The notes: generated by a model from the letters alone, not told the origin. DNA of 64,000 nucleotides from Candidatus Omnitrophota bacterium (GCA_043821705.1 JBDRCN010000001.1:8851-72850); one strand, 5' to 3'; counted from the first letter of the stretch, positions 9,323-19,278 are shown. Made by a program: numbers and translations.

Positions 9323-11038
9323 TCATATTTTCTTTTCCTTAATCTCCTTTTCTATCCTAGTTAAAAATTCCTCTAGTTTTATTGTACCGGCGTTCCCGCC
9401 TTTTCTAGTCCTTAAAGAAATGGTCTTGTTCTCTTGTTCCTTGTCCCCGACGATAACTGCGTAAGGGATCTTTTGTAGTTCTATCTCTCTGATCTTATAC
9501 TGGAGTTTTTCATTCCTTTTATCAATAGTGGCGCGTATGTCTTTTGCCTGAAGCACGTTCAATATCTCATCAGCATAATCATGGGACCTGTCAGTTATAG
9601 GGATCACACTTACTTGCACTGGGCTTAGCCATACTGGAAAAGCGCCTGCGTAATGTTCTATCAGCGTACCCATAAAGCGTTCCATGCTTCCTAAAACTAC
9701 CCTATGGAGCATAACTGGTCTTTCTTTTTTGCCTTCCTTTGTCACGTAATGGAGATTAAACCTCTCGGGAAGGGCAAAGTCACACTGCACAGTCGCGCAC
9801 TGCCAAGGCCTGCCTAAAGCATCCTTGACCATGATATCTATCTTAGGCCCATAAAAAGCACCTTCACCTTTGTTCACTTCATATTGCATGCCTTTATCAT
9901 CAAGTGATTTCTTAAGCGCATCTGTAGCCCTGTCCCACATCTTCAGGTCCCCGATATATTTCGGAGGCCTTGTAGAAAGATCTATTTTATAATCTGTAAA
10001 ACCAAACACTTTCATGACATCCATTACAAAGTCTATTACTTTTTTTATCTCACTCTCTGCCTGTTCAGGGAGACAAAATATATGAGCATCATCCTGAGTA
10101 AAGCCCCTTACTCTTAAAAGCCCATGGAGAACACCTGACTTTTCTCTTCTGTGCACATTCCCTAATTCAAAATATCTTATCGGCAAATCTCTATAGCTTC
10201 TTATATCTGACTTATAGATAATCATATGAGCTGGGCAATTCATTGGTTTTATAGCATACTCTTCGCCTTCGACTTTAAAGATATACATATTTTCTTTATA
10301 GTATTCATAGTGGCCTGAGGTCACCCAGATATCTGATTTTAATATATGAGGGCCTTGGACTAGCTGATACCCTCTTTTCAAATGTTCTTTTTTCACATAA
10401 TCTTCTATGAGCATCCTTAGAAGAGCCCCTTTTGGATGGTAAAACACAAGGCCTGCGCCTACTTCTTCATGGATACTAAAAAGATCTAATTCTTTCCCTA
10501 GTTTTCTATGATCTCTTTTCTTTGCTTCTTCTCTTAAATTTAAGAATTTTTCCAGGGCTTCTTTGTCTTTAAAGCAAGTCCCATATATTCTCTGAAGCAT
10601 TGGATTTGTCTCGATCCCATGCCAGTAAGCTCCTGCAATGTTTAAAAGCTTAAATGCCTTTACTTCACTTGTCCTAGATACATGAGGGCCTTTACATAAG
10701 TCGACAAATTTTCCATGTTTATAAATAGATACCTTATCCCCTTCAATCTTTTCTATAAGTTCTTTTTTATATGGTTCGCTTTTAAATATGTTTAGAGCCT
10801 CTTTCTTGGGGATCTCTTCATGTACAAACTCAATGTCAGATCTTATAATGCTCTTCATCTCTTTTTCGATCCTTGCCAGGTCTTCTGGCTTAAATCCATC
10901 AGCAAGGTCAAAATCATAATAGAACCCGTCTTCAATAGATGGACCAATAGCGAATTTAGCTTTTGGAAAAAGCCTCTTCACTGCATCTGCCATTATATGC
11001 GAACAACTGTGTCTTAAAGCGTGTAAATCTTCTTGCAT
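9323..11038 (-). CDS. thrS: Threonine--tRNA ligase
   Basis: 571-aa ORF with TGS/second-additional domains and a class II core. Confidence 0.95.
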   Translation of the reverse strand: MQEDLHALRHSCSHIMADAVKRLFPKAKFAIGPSIEDGFYYDFDLADGFKPEDLARIEKEMKSIIRSDIEFVHEEIPKKEALNIFKSEPYKKELIEKIEGDKVSIYKHGKFVDLCKGPHVSRTSEVKAFKLLNIAGAYWHGIETNPMLQRIYGTCFKDKEALEKFLNLREEAKKRDHRKLGKELDLFSIHEEVGAGLVFYHPKGALLRMLIEDYVKKEHLKRGYQLVQGPHILKSDIWVTSGHYEYYKENMYIFKVEGEEYAIKPMNCPAHMIIYKSDIRSYRDLPIRYFELGNVHRREKSGVLHGLLRVRGFTQDDAHIFCLPEQAESEIKKVIDFVMDVMKVFGFTDYKIDLSTRPPKYIGDLKMWDRATDALKKSLDDKGMQYEVNKGEGAFYGPKIDIMVKDALGRPWQCATVQCDFALPERFNLHYVTKEGKKERPVMLHRVVLGSMERFMGTLIEHYAGAFPVWLSPVQVSVIPITDRSHDYADEILNVLQAKDIRATIDKRNEKLQYKIREIELQKIPYAVIVGDKEQENKTISLRTRKGGNAGTIKLEEFLTRIEKEIKEKKI

Positions 11039-11069
11039 ATACCTTTCTCTTCTTCTATTCTAACCATGT

Positions 11070-11121
11070 GGCCTGCCATCCGAAGCCAGACTTTCAAATC
11101 GCCTTTCGTAAAGGCGTAGGA
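11070..11121 (-). repeat. Repeat family D copy D1 (tcctacgccttt-CGAAAGGC-...-ctggcttcggatggc), immediately 3' of tRNA-Val
   Basis: Matches 36348-36399 (3' of tRNA-Gln) and 45661-45714 (3' of bamA). It contains the hairpin cgccttt-acg-aaaggcg. Confidence 0.7.
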
Positions 11122-11198
11122 TGGTGGGCTCAAGAGGACTCGAACCTCTGACCTCTTCCATGTCAAGGAAGCGCGCTATCCAACTGCGCCATGAGCCC
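11122..11198 (-). tRNA. tRNA-Val (anticodon GAC)
   Basis: Minus-strand cloverleaf with the anticodon loop ccttGACatgg and a T-arm ggttcgagtcc ending in CCA. Confidence 0.8.
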
Positions 11199-11199
11199 A

Positions 11200-11309
11200 T
11201 CAAATTTGTTCTACTTCGCTCTTCGACCTACTAATCGATGGTAGAGCTTCGTAGGAATCATTCTTCGAAGCCCCACCGGAATATTTTATACTCAAAGGGC
11301 GTAGAAGAA
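11200..11309 (-). repeat. Repeat family E copy E1 (~105 nt tRNA-trailer element)
   Basis: Its reverse complement aligns with 36534-36640 (ttcttcttcgccctttgagtataaaatactccggtggggcttcgaagaatgattcctacgaagc...). This alignment is why the six-frame ORFs 11200..11391 and 36482..36691 share the peptide ILLRPLSIKYSGGASKNDSYEA. Confidence 0.75.
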
Positions 11310-11397
11310 TGGTGCCGGGGGTGGGACTCGAACCCACAAGACCTTTTGGGCCACAGGATTTTAAGTCCTGCGTGTTTGCCAATTTCACCACCCCGGC
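11310..11397 (-). tRNA. tRNA-Leu (anticodon TAA), long variable arm
   Basis: Minus-strand sequence gccggggtggtgaaattggc...ggacTTAAaatcc...ggttcgagtcccacccccggcacca. Confidence 0.8.
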
Positions 11398-11398
11398 A

Positions 11399-11479
11399 TT
11401 CAGTTATTAGATTTTAGTTATTAGTTGTTAGAAAAACATGCAATTCTAAAAACTAAAAACTGACAACTAAAAACTAGTT
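11399..11479 (+). repeat. Repeat family F copy F1 (imperfect palindrome built of agttgttag / ctaaaaact units)
   Basis: Second copy at 41360-41457, with shared core agttgttagaaaaa-N-ttctaaaaactaaaaactgacaactaaaaact. Confidence 0.7.
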
Positions 11480-11554
11480 TGGAGGCGACGATCGGAATCG
11501 AACCGATGAATAAGAGTTTTGCAGACTCCTGCCTTCCCCCTTGGCTACGCCGCC
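11480..11554 (-). tRNA. tRNA-Cys (anticodon GCA)
   Basis: Minus-strand sequence ggcggcgtagccaaggggg...ctGCAaa...ggttcgattccgatcgtcgcctcca. Confidence 0.75.
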
Positions 11555-11573
11555 GATAAAAAAACGTGCAGTA

Positions 11574-12239
11574 TCAGGCTACACGTAACTTACTTTCATA
11601 CCATAGCTTCTGTATCTTGTCAAGCAAAACGAGCGCAATATGAGGCTTACTTTTCTTAAAAACCCTCTCTATAGCGCCTTTTTTATCAATGATCAAAACA
11701 TCTAACTTATTATCACCAAATATGTTACGTTCTTTTCTAGCCTGATTTGCCACGATCAAGTCTAATCTTTTGTCTTTTAGCTTTTTTATAGACCTGTTTT
11801 TTAGATCCTCTGTCTCAAGGCTGAACCCTACGAATATCTTCTTAGCCTTATTTTTTGACAGTTCTTTTAGCAGATCTTTGTTCGGTATAAGCTCCAGGAT
11901 CAATTTATTTTTTCTTTTTATCTTTTTCTTACATATTTTCTTTACTTTAAAATCACCTACAGCTGCGCACATTATAAGGCAATCTGAATTTTTTAAGCTT
12001 TTTTTTGTTTCTCTCAACAATTCATCCGCGGTCTCTATTTTTATAAATCTCGCGACTTTCGGTTGTTTCAGTTTAGTAGGCCCGCTGATAAGAGTGACTT
12101 TATGCCCTTTCCTAGAAGCTCCCTCAGCAATACTATAACCCATGTAACCAGTAGATCTATTTGTAATAAACCTGACTGGGTCTATTCTTTCTATTGTTGG
12201 ACCAGCTGTAACTATTATCTTAATAACCTGTTTACCTCT
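11574..12239 (-). CDS. coaB: Phosphopantothenate--cysteine ligase CoaB domain (N-terminal part has no start codon; frame-shifted relative to coaC)
   Basis: The track ORF 11574..12143 continues in frame upstream as RGKQVIKIIVTAGPTIERIDPVRFITNRSTGYM back to a stop at 12240-12242. The canonical ITAGPT motif lies in this ATG-less extension. Confidence 0.7.
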   Translation of the reverse strand, partial: RGKQVIKIIVTAGPTIERIDPVRFITNRSTGYMGYSIAEGASRKGHKVTLISGPTKLKQPKVARFIKIETADELLRETKKSLKNSDCLIMCAAVGDFKVKKICKKKIKRKNKLILELIPNKDLLKELSKNKAKKIFVGFSLETEDLKNRSIKKLKDKRLDLIVANQARKERNIFGDNKLDVLIIDKKGAIERVFKKSKPHIALVLLDKIQKLWYESKLRVA

Positions 12240-12760
12240 TTAACTACTATTTCTACGTCCTGTATATGGCCCAATCCTTCATCCCCGCAAGCTAATTTAC
12301 CTTTTATAGGACCGCTGAAGAAATAACCGAGCTTCTTAAGCTTAGCTATGTTCTCCTGCACGATCTTGTTTTTATACATGCCCTTATTCATAGCTGGGAC
12401 GAACAATACAGGAGCTTCACTAGCGCATATAGTACAAGTAAGCATATCATCACATATGCCTGCTGCGACCTTAGCGATAATATTAGCTGTTGCAGGCATT
12501 ACCACGACAAGATCTGCTTTTTTAGCAAGTGATACATGCTCTATATCCCATTTATCAGGCGTATCAAACATGTTATATGTCACTACCTTATTGCCTGATA
12601 AACCTTGGAACAATAATGGCCTTATAAATTCTTCTGTTTCTTTTGTAAGAACAATGTGTACTGATATATTCTTTTTACATAAAGACCTGACCAGCTCAGC
12701 TGATCTATAACAAGCTATGCTCCCTGTCACGCCTATCAGTACATTTTTTTTATTCATCAC
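12215..12760 (-). CDS. coaC: Phosphopantothenoylcysteine decarboxylase CoaC flavoprotein domain
   Basis: 181-aa ORF beginning NVLIGVTGSIACYRSAELVRSL; its stop overlaps the CoaB frame. Confidence 0.85.
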   Translation of the reverse strand: MMNKKNVLIGVTGSIACYRSAELVRSLCKKNISVHIVLTKETEEFIRPLLFQGLSGNKVVTYNMFDTPDKWDIEHVSLAKKADLVVVMPATANIIAKVAAGICDDMLTCTICASEAPVLFVPAMNKGMYKNKIVQENIAKLKKLGYFFSGPIKGKLACGDEGLGHIQDVEIVVKEVNRLLR

Positions 12761-12967
12761 CTATTTCTCTTCTAGTTTGATTATCTTATAACTTACTTTC
12801 CCTTGGGCTATCTCTTCTAGTGCGATCGTTGAGAATTTCTTGGAATTTGTCACTATCAGTTTCTGAGCACCATTGCTAAGCTCTACTGCCCTCTTTGCAG
12901 CTAAGAGTGTCAACTTAAAGACACTGGTCCCGTTCGGTAAAACTTGTTCCCTTGGAATATACGACAT
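12761..12967 (-). CDS. rpoZ: DNA-directed RNA polymerase subunit omega
   Basis: 68-aa ORF with the KFELVLLAAKRA-like motif, located next to gmk. Confidence 0.85.
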   Translation of the reverse strand: MSYIPREQVLPNGTSVFKLTLLAAKRAVELSNGAQKLIVTNSKKFSTIALEEIAQGKVSYKIIKLEEK

Positions 12968-13570
12968 TCACTTCCTCCTTATTCTACAGCGTTCTGCAAC
13001 TATAATAGCCCTAAGTTCATCCAGGGCTGATTTTAAAACATTATTGACGACCACATAATCATATTTTGGAAGGTCCTTTAATTCTTTCTTCGCGACTCTA
13101 AGCCTTTTTGCTATCTCTGTTTTGGTATCTGTCGATCTATTAAAAAGCCTTTCTTTTAGCATGGCCATAGACGGTGGCAGGATAAATATATACACTGCCT
13201 GAAGTTTTTTCATGCGCTTTATCTTCATGGCTCCCTGCACATCAATGCTCACAATCACGTCCTGGCCTTTTGATATAAGATGTGTCACGTATTTTTTTGG
13301 GGTGCCATAATATTCATCAAACACCTTTGCCCATTCTAAGAATTCATTCCTATTCTTTCTTTTTAGGAATTCGTCTTTTTCTATGAAAATATAATCCATC
13401 CCGTCGCGTTCTCCTGCTCTAGGAGACCTTGTGGTCATTGATATGGAACGGCCAACGCTGTCTAGAGACTCCACTAACCTGCTGCATAGAGTGGTCTTGC
13501 CTGAACCTGACGGAGCTGAGATCACAAAAAGTATGCCTTTTCTCTTCTTATCTAATGTCCTACTCAACAT
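12968..13570 (-). CDS. gmk: Guanylate kinase
   Basis: 200-aa ORF with a SAPSGSGKTT P-loop. Confidence 0.95.
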   Translation of the reverse strand: MLSRTLDKKRKGILFVISAPSGSGKTTLCSRLVESLDSVGRSISMTTRSPRAGERDGMDYIFIEKDEFLKRKNRNEFLEWAKVFDEYYGTPKKYVTHLISKGQDVIVSIDVQGAMKIKRMKKLQAVYIFILPPSMAMLKERLFNRSTDTKTEIAKRLRVAKKELKDLPKYDYVVVNNVLKSALDELRAIIVAERCRIRRK

Positions 13571-14444
13571 TCTGCACCTGCTCCCTTATTTTTTCTATCT
13601 CGCTCTTTATGTCCACGACTAGATCAGATATCTTGGTATATCCTACTTTAGAGCCAAGTGTGTTTATCTCTCTCTGGAGTTCCTGCAAGATAAATTCCAG
13701 CTTTCTTCCAACCTCTTGGTTTGAAAAAAAAGTATTTTTTAAAGAAGCTAAATGGCTCTTTGCCCTCACTATCTCCTCAGAGACATCACTCTGTCTTGCA
13801 AATAAAGCGATCTCCGTCTCAAGACGAGCCCTGTCTACTGGGATATTCTTGCCTTTTAAGAGATCATTTATCCTGGAGTCTAATTTACGTTTGTATCTAG
13901 ATATTGTAGCTGGTATATATCTAGAGATCGCATTTACATTTCTGGATATTTTTTCTACTCTATTTTCCATATCTCTATATATCGCTTTGCCCTCTTTCTC
14001 CCTCATCTTATTGCATCCGATAAGCGCTATGTCTATCGCCTGTTCTATGATAGGCCACGTCGTAGATATATTATAATCTTTCTGCTCCTGTATTATTACG
14101 TCCGGGAAAGAAAGTAGGTGCGATAAAGAGATATTTTCTCTCAGGTTGAGTTTATTCTTAAGTTTTGAGAGCATATTATAGTATGACCTTACCTTTTCCT
14201 CGTCGAGCTTTGTATAATCAAGGTTCTTCCCGTTCTTCTTGTGAGAGATGGAAAAATTCACTTTTCCTCTTTTTATACGCTTATGTAGATAGATCTTTAT
14301 CTTGTCTTCTAGCTGGCTCAGGCTGTTCGGTATCCTGGAAGACAGGTCAAAATATCTATGGTTCACTGTCCTTATCTCTACCGTAAACCTGCCTATTTTA
14401 CTTAAGGCCTCTCCTTTGCCAAAACCAGTCATGCTTTTTATCAT
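13560..14444 (-). CDS. yicC: YicC family stress-induced protein
   Basis: 294-aa ORF whose N-terminus is MIKSMTGFGKGE. Confidence 0.85.
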   Translation of the reverse strand: MIKSMTGFGKGEALSKIGRFTVEIRTVNHRYFDLSSRIPNSLSQLEDKIKIYLHKRIKRGKVNFSISHKKNGKNLDYTKLDEEKVRSYYNMLSKLKNKLNLRENISLSHLLSFPDVIIQEQKDYNISTTWPIIEQAIDIALIGCNKMREKEGKAIYRDMENRVEKISRNVNAISRYIPATISRYKRKLDSRINDLLKGKNIPVDRARLETEIALFARQSDVSEEIVRAKSHLASLKNTFFSNQEVGRKLEFILQELQREINTLGSKVGYTKISDLVVDIKSEIEKIREQVQNVE

Positions 14445-14450
14445 AAGTCC

Positions 14451-14954
14451 CTACGCCCAAACATGTTTTTTAATATTATTGAATTCTTGTATCTTTGTGG
14501 GATATAGATTTACTATTATATCATCTGGTTCAAACCACAGTTTTATTTCCCTTTCAGCATCTTCTTTATTAGCTGAAGCATGCAGCACATTCTCGTACAC
14601 GCCCCTGGTAGTGATCCTCCCGAACGAACCCCTTATGCTAGTAGAATCTGCTTCTTCTGGGTTTGTTGAGCCTGCAAGCGCTTTAACCTTACTGATCGCA
14701 TCAACCCCCCAATATACCATAGCCATGACTTTTCTGCGGTCATGATACTCACCTTGTATATATTGGACAAGTTCACTAAAGAAAGGTTTATCCTTCAAAT
14801 GCCTATAATGTTCTTCAGCAAGCTCCTTATTTACCCTAACCATTTTAGCTGCCACTATTTCCAGCTTTGTCTCTGAAAGCCTGGTTAATATATTGCCAGT
14901 TAAAGATTTTTTAAGGCCATCTGGCTTTACTAAGACAAGGGTTTGTTGTTCCAT
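14451..14954 (-). CDS. ndk: Nucleoside diphosphate kinase
   Basis: 167-aa ORF beginning TLVLVKPDG with an NDK fold. Confidence 0.85.
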   Translation of the reverse strand: MEQQTLVLVKPDGLKKSLTGNILTRLSETKLEIVAAKMVRVNKELAEEHYRHLKDKPFFSELVQYIQGEYHDRRKVMAMVYWGVDAISKVKALAGSTNPEEADSTSIRGSFGRITTRGVYENVLHASANKEDAEREIKLWFEPDDIIVNLYPTKIQEFNNIKKHVWA

Positions 14955-14978
14955 AGTTCTTTCCTCCAGAAATTTGTT

Positions 14979-15845
14979 CTATCTATTTGATTTTAAAAGA
15001 GTTATAATCTTTTCCAGATCATTATCCGAGTAAAATTCTATCTCTATCTTCCCACCTTTTTTTGATCTTATGATCTTTACTTTTGTGCCTAATGCATTTC
15101 TAAGCTCTTCTTCAAGAGAAGTCAAGTTTGGATCTTTTTCTTTGATAGTCTTCTTTTGTCCAGTTGATATATTTTTTGCGTATCTCTCTGTGTCTCTTAC
15201 AGATAGGTCATTTTTTACTAATTTTGTAAAAAGCCTCATCTGCTCTTGCGGATCTTGCAATCCAAGAATAGCTTTTGCATGCCCCATTGAAATTGTTCCA
15301 CGTGAAACATTTTCCTGTATCTTCTGAGGAAGCTTAAGAAGCCTCACGATATTAGCTACAGTAGCTCTATCCTTGCCAATAGTGTCAGCTATCTTTTCCT
15401 GTGTAAGGTTAAACTCATCTATAAGGCGTTTATAAGCTTTTGCCTGGTCAATAGGATTAAGGTTCTCACGTTGGACATTCTCGATAATAGCTAACTCAAA
15501 AGAATCCAGGTCCGATACATCCTTGATAATAGCTGGGATATGTGTTAGATTAAGTGATTTCGCAGCTCTATACCTTCTCTCGCCTGCTATTAACTCATAT
15601 TCACTGCCTTTTGCCCTTACAAGAACAGGCTGTATGACTCCTTTTTCGCGTATTGAAGCAGCTAGGTCTTCAAGCGATTGCTTGTCAAAGCCTTCTCTAG
15701 GCTGATATTTGTTAGCATTGATCTTGTCGATCGGTATATTAGCTATGCCTTGTATGATGCTTGAATCTAGTATCTTTGATTGACTTTGGGATGCTTTATC
15801 TGGTATTAAAGCTCCTAAACCTCTTCCGAGAACTCTTTTTTCCAT
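14979..15845 (-). CDS. parB: Chromosome partitioning protein ParB
   Basis: 288-aa ORF with the ParB box GERRYRAA. Confidence 0.9.
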   Translation of the reverse strand: MEKRVLGRGLGALIPDKASQSQSKILDSSIIQGIANIPIDKINANKYQPREGFDKQSLEDLAASIREKGVIQPVLVRAKGSEYELIAGERRYRAAKSLNLTHIPAIIKDVSDLDSFELAIIENVQRENLNPIDQAKAYKRLIDEFNLTQEKIADTIGKDRATVANIVRLLKLPQKIQENVSRGTISMGHAKAILGLQDPQEQMRLFTKLVKNDLSVRDTERYAKNISTGQKKTIKEKDPNLTSLEEELRNALGTKVKIIRSKKGGKIEIEFYSDNDLEKIITLLKSNR

Positions 15846-16663
15846 TCTTGTTCTCCTCCTTCAGTTATGGGCTCTGTAGTTTCTGTAGTTATGTTAGATC
15901 CTGATCGTTCCCCTAAAACTTCCTTAGCAAGGCTTTCATATGTCTTCGCCCCACTAGAATTCTTATCGTATAAGTGTATTGGCCTGCCAAACCCAGGTGC
16001 TTCGCTTAATCTTATGCTACGTGGTATAGTAGTAACAAAAACCTTTTCTTTAAAATAATCCCTAGCTTCTTTAATTACCTCTGCTGTCAGATTAGTCCTA
16101 AAATCTGCCATAGTGAGAAGCACTCCTTCTACTTCCAGTTCTGGGTTAAGATTCTCTCTTGCTATATTAATTGTATTGAGCAATTGGCTAAGTCCTTCAA
16201 GTGCATAATATTCACATTGTATTGGGATTAAAACAGAATTACATGCAGCTAGAGCATTGATCGTCAATAATCCTAGTGATGGTGGAGAATCAATAATAAT
16301 AAAATCAAACTCATCCTCAAGGCCTTTAAGAGCATTCTTCAAACGATATTCTCTATTCATCAAACTGATAAGTTCGATCTCAGCGCCTGTTAAATTAATA
16401 TTAGAAGGTGCTAATTTTAGATACTCACTATGCACTTCAAGTATTATATCTTTAATGTTCACATTATTAATCAATACATCATATATGTTTTCAGATATAT
16501 CTGCTTTATTAATGCCAAGACCGCTAGTAGCATTCCCTTGAGGGTCAAAATCTATCAACAGGACCTTTTTCTGATTAAGCGCTAGATAAAAGCTTAGATT
16601 GATCGCAGTAGTTGTTTTTCCTACTCCGCCCTTTTGATTACATATAGCTATAATTTTGCCCAT
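15815..16663 (-). CDS. parA: Chromosome partitioning ATPase ParA/Soj (acidic C-terminal extension)
   Basis: The 282-aa ORF carries the deviant Walker A motif KGGVGKTT. Confidence 0.9.
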   Translation of the reverse strand: MGKIIAICNQKGGVGKTTTAINLSFYLALNQKKVLLIDFDPQGNATSGLGINKADISENIYDVLINNVNIKDIILEVHSEYLKLAPSNINLTGAEIELISLMNREYRLKNALKGLEDEFDFIIIDSPPSLGLLTINALAACNSVLIPIQCEYYALEGLSQLLNTINIARENLNPELEVEGVLLTMADFRTNLTAEVIKEARDYFKEKVFVTTIPRSIRLSEAPGFGRPIHLYDKNSSGAKTYESLAKEVLGERSGSNITTETTEPITEGGEQEWKKEFSEEV

Positions 16664-16690
16664 AAAAACCGTATCAAAACCGTATCAAAA

Positions 16691-16903
16691 TTAATGTAAC
16701 TTCTTTTTAACATTAACCTTAGCAAGTTTCGCCCCATGCATGCTAAAAAGGCCTTTATTTTCTTCCCTAAGCACCCTTATGTCAACTTGCGACTTCTCTG
16801 CCTTAAGCTCAGTCAATGCTATTCTTATAGCTTCCTGAGCTGTGCTTGCTTCTACTTCAAGCTCTAAGTCTTCTTTTATAATACTTACTTTATTCCTATT
16901 CAT
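16691..16903 (-). CDS. jag: Jag/KhpB N-terminal domain protein (truncated form)
   Basis: Located downstream of yidC. Likely start MNRNKVSIIKEDLELEV; only about 70 aa; the tandem 11-mer ccgtatcaaaa x2 follows. Confidence 0.55.
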   Translation of the reverse strand: MNRNKVSIIKEDLELEVEASTAQEAIRIALTELKAEKSQVDIRVLREENKGLFSMHGAKLAKVNVKKKLH

Positions 16904-18498
16904 GACCTTGTCTTTCTTAAAAGTATTGACTGCATTGAACTGCTTAAGACAGTGTTTATCAGCCAATACATGACCAGCCCCGACGGTAATGAATAGAAGA
17001 TAAACCCAAACATAACCGGCATTATCGAAGACATCATCTTCTGTTGGTCAGTCTGAACACTTGCCTTAGCCATTGAAAGCTTTTGTTGTAATATCATAGC
17101 ACCGATCATCAAAATTGGCAACACATTTATTGCATCCCCCAATAAAGGCAGGGTAACTGGCAAGGTAAACGCTCTATCAGGCATTGATAGGTCCTTTATC
17201 CATAAAAAGCTGGAGCCCTTAAGCTCTACTGATCTCATAAGCGTCTGGTAGAGCGCAATAAAGATCGGCATCTGTAGAAGCATTGGGAAGCACCCACCCA
17301 TGGGATTTACTTTATGCTTTTTATATAACTCCATCATTTCCTTATTTAGTTTCTGATGGTTATCTTTATAGTCTGCCCTAAGCTTTTCCATCTTCGGCTG
17401 AAGCTCCTGCATCTTGCGCATTGACTGCATGCTCTTAAATGAAAGAGGGAAGAGGAGTACGCTTACGCAACACGTGAGGAAAATTATTGCTAACCCATAG
17501 TTATGAAATATGTTATAGAAAAACTTAAGTACGCTTAAAAGCACCATGCTGATGCCTGTAAGCATCCCAAAATTTAATGCCTTACCAAAAGACTGCTCAA
17601 CTTTTTCTAATTCATCCACATCAGTTGGCCCAATATACACTAACATATTATATTGTCTTGTCTCCCCAGGCATAATAACTTCTTCGCCTGAAGACAGCCC
17701 GATGATCGGCTTATTATCTATATTATTTGTAAAGACCCCACTTATTTTAAAATCAGGCTTTGCGATAATAGAATAATATTTATTTTTTAAAGCAACCCAT
17801 TCTATGTTCTCTGGGTAAGTAAAATAGCTATCTTTAAATTTACCTCCAGCTATTTTTTTGAACTTACTGCTGGAAAAATACACATCACCCTCTATATATC
17901 TTCCTTCAAATTTTTCCTTGTTTGATATGTTAGATGCAGTCACTAGATCAAATGAATAAGGCCTAGCCGTGTTACTTGTGTTTGTGATCTCTACAGAAGA
18001 CCTAAGAGCATAATTGTCTTCGATAAAGTCTATGGTTTTCTCAACCAATAGACCATTTATAGATGCTACAAAAGTATTCGTATCTTCTTTTATAGTAAAG
18101 AGTTGCGTATCTATGCCTAACAGGGAACCACGTCCTTTCATGGAAAAAACACCAGCTTGATTCAATGCATCTTCGACCAACAGGACATCAAACCTAGTAT
18201 GGTCCTTTATTTCGATAGACGACACAGAAGCTCCTAGATTGGTCATATTAATAACATATCTGTTGTTAGATAGAACTTTTTCCGCCACATTTAAATCAAA
18301 TAAAACCTTATCATTAACTATGGGTTTTTCCTCATCTATAGCGAGCTTTGTTTGTTTTATAGGCTCTGCCAATGACTCACTATCTGAGATGTCTTCATAA
18401 AGGACTTCTTGTGGAGGATAGAACTTTGATACGAACATGGGATAGAAGATGAGCATTAAGATCGAGATAACTATTGCAATAATTGTCCGTTTTTCCAT
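16900..18498 (-). CDS. yidC: Membrane protein insertase YidC
   Basis: 532-aa ORF with an N-terminal TM segment, a periplasmic domain and a C-terminal 5-TM core. Confidence 0.9.
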   Translation of the reverse strand: MEKRTIIAIVISILMLIFYPMFVSKFYPPQEVLYEDISDSESLAEPIKQTKLAIDEEKPIVNDKVLFDLNVAEKVLSNNRYVINMTNLGASVSSIEIKDHTRFDVLLVEDALNQAGVFSMKGRGSLLGIDTQLFTIKEDTNTFVASINGLLVEKTIDFIEDNYALRSSVEITNTSNTARPYSFDLVTASNISNKEKFEGRYIEGDVYFSSSKFKKIAGGKFKDSYFTYPENIEWVALKNKYYSIIAKPDFKISGVFTNNIDNKPIIGLSSGEEVIMPGETRQYNMLVYIGPTDVDELEKVEQSFGKALNFGMLTGISMVLLSVLKFFYNIFHNYGLAIIFLTCCVSVLLFPLSFKSMQSMRKMQELQPKMEKLRADYKDNHQKLNKEMMELYKKHKVNPMGGCFPMLLQMPIFIALYQTLMRSVELKGSSFLWIKDLSMPDRAFTLPVTLPLLGDAINVLPILMIGAMILQQKLSMAKASVQTDQQKMMSSIMPVMFGFIFYSLPSGLVMYWLINTVLSSSMQSILLRKTRS

Positions 18499-18508
18499 TA
18501 TAAACCTT

Positions 18509-18730
18509 TCACTGTTTTTTGTAAGGATCTGGGCCGCCTTTAAAAAATGGGTTGCACTTCATGATCCTTTTAAGTCCTATTAATAGTCCTAAGAAAATAC
18601 CTTTATCATCTATTGCTTCTATAGTATATTGAGAGCATGATGGGTAATATCTGCATTTATATAACATTAATGGAGATAAGTAGTTATGATAAAAATTAAT
18701 CGCTTTTTTTAATAAATTTCTTAAAAACAT
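18509..18730 (-). CDS. yidD: Membrane protein insertion efficiency factor YidD
   Basis: 73-aa ORF with the YPSCSQY motif. Confidence 0.85.
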   Translation of the reverse strand: MFLRNLLKKAINFYHNYLSPLMLYKCRYYPSCSQYTIEAIDDKGIFLGLLIGLKRIMKCNPFFKGGPDPYKKQ

Positions 18731-19061
18731 TTTCTAGGTCCTTTTGGACTTCAGGGCCTCTAGTATTTTCTTGCAGGCTTTGAGCCAATATGACAATATC
18801 TAAAGGTCTATTTAAAACATGCTTGTTTAATCTATACGCTTCTCTTAAAAGGCGCCTGTAGCGATTCCTTAGAACTGAATTTTTATTACATAAGCGCTTG
18901 CTTATTACAAAAGCAACCCGCTTTTTAGGTAAGCCGTCATCTCTCTTATGGATATATAGCTTTAGGAACCTGCCTTTTATTGGGGTACCAGTACGGAAAA
19001 TATCCTTGATCTGGTCATATTTTCGTAGGCGTTCTTCTTTTAAGAAGGCGTTTCGCTTCAT
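18696..19061 (-). CDS. rnpA: RNase P protein component
   Basis: 121-aa basic ORF placed between rpmH and yidD. Confidence 0.85.
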   Translation of the reverse strand: MKRNAFLKEERLRKYDQIKDIFRTGTPIKGRFLKLYIHKRDDGLPKKRVAFVISKRLCNKNSVLRNRYRRLLREAYRLNKHVLNRPLDIVILAQSLQENTRGPEVQKDLENVFKKFIKKSD

Positions 19062-19198
19062 TAAACTGTAAGCTTTTTCTTGCCTTTTCGCCTTCGGCGC
19101 TTCAGTACTCTTCTGCCGTTAGCGCTTTTCATCTTGCGTCTAAAACCATGCTTACGCTTACGTTTTAAATTGCTTTTCCTGGTAAGATTCTTTTTCAC
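19061..19198 (-). CDS. rpmH: 50S ribosomal protein L34 (GTG start; absent from ORF track because <60 aa)
   Basis: Reverse-complement translation gives [45 protein letters not shown]. Its stop overlaps the rnpA ATG by 1 nt. Confidence 0.9.
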   Translation of the reverse strand: MKKNLTRKSNLKRKRKHGFRRKMKSANGRRVLKRRRRKGKKKLTV

Positions 19199-19278
19199 GT
19201 TATTCTCCTTGTAAGGGTAGCATTATAACACAATGCGTTTTATCGTCAAGAAAAAAATGGTTGCTTTACATCAAGGAA

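Noticed and set aside
11399-11479. CRISPR-like appearance of ctaaaaact/agttgttag units (also 41360-41457)
   Set aside because: The units are short imperfect inverted repeats forming one palindrome. There is no regular repeat-spacer periodicity and there are no cas genes.
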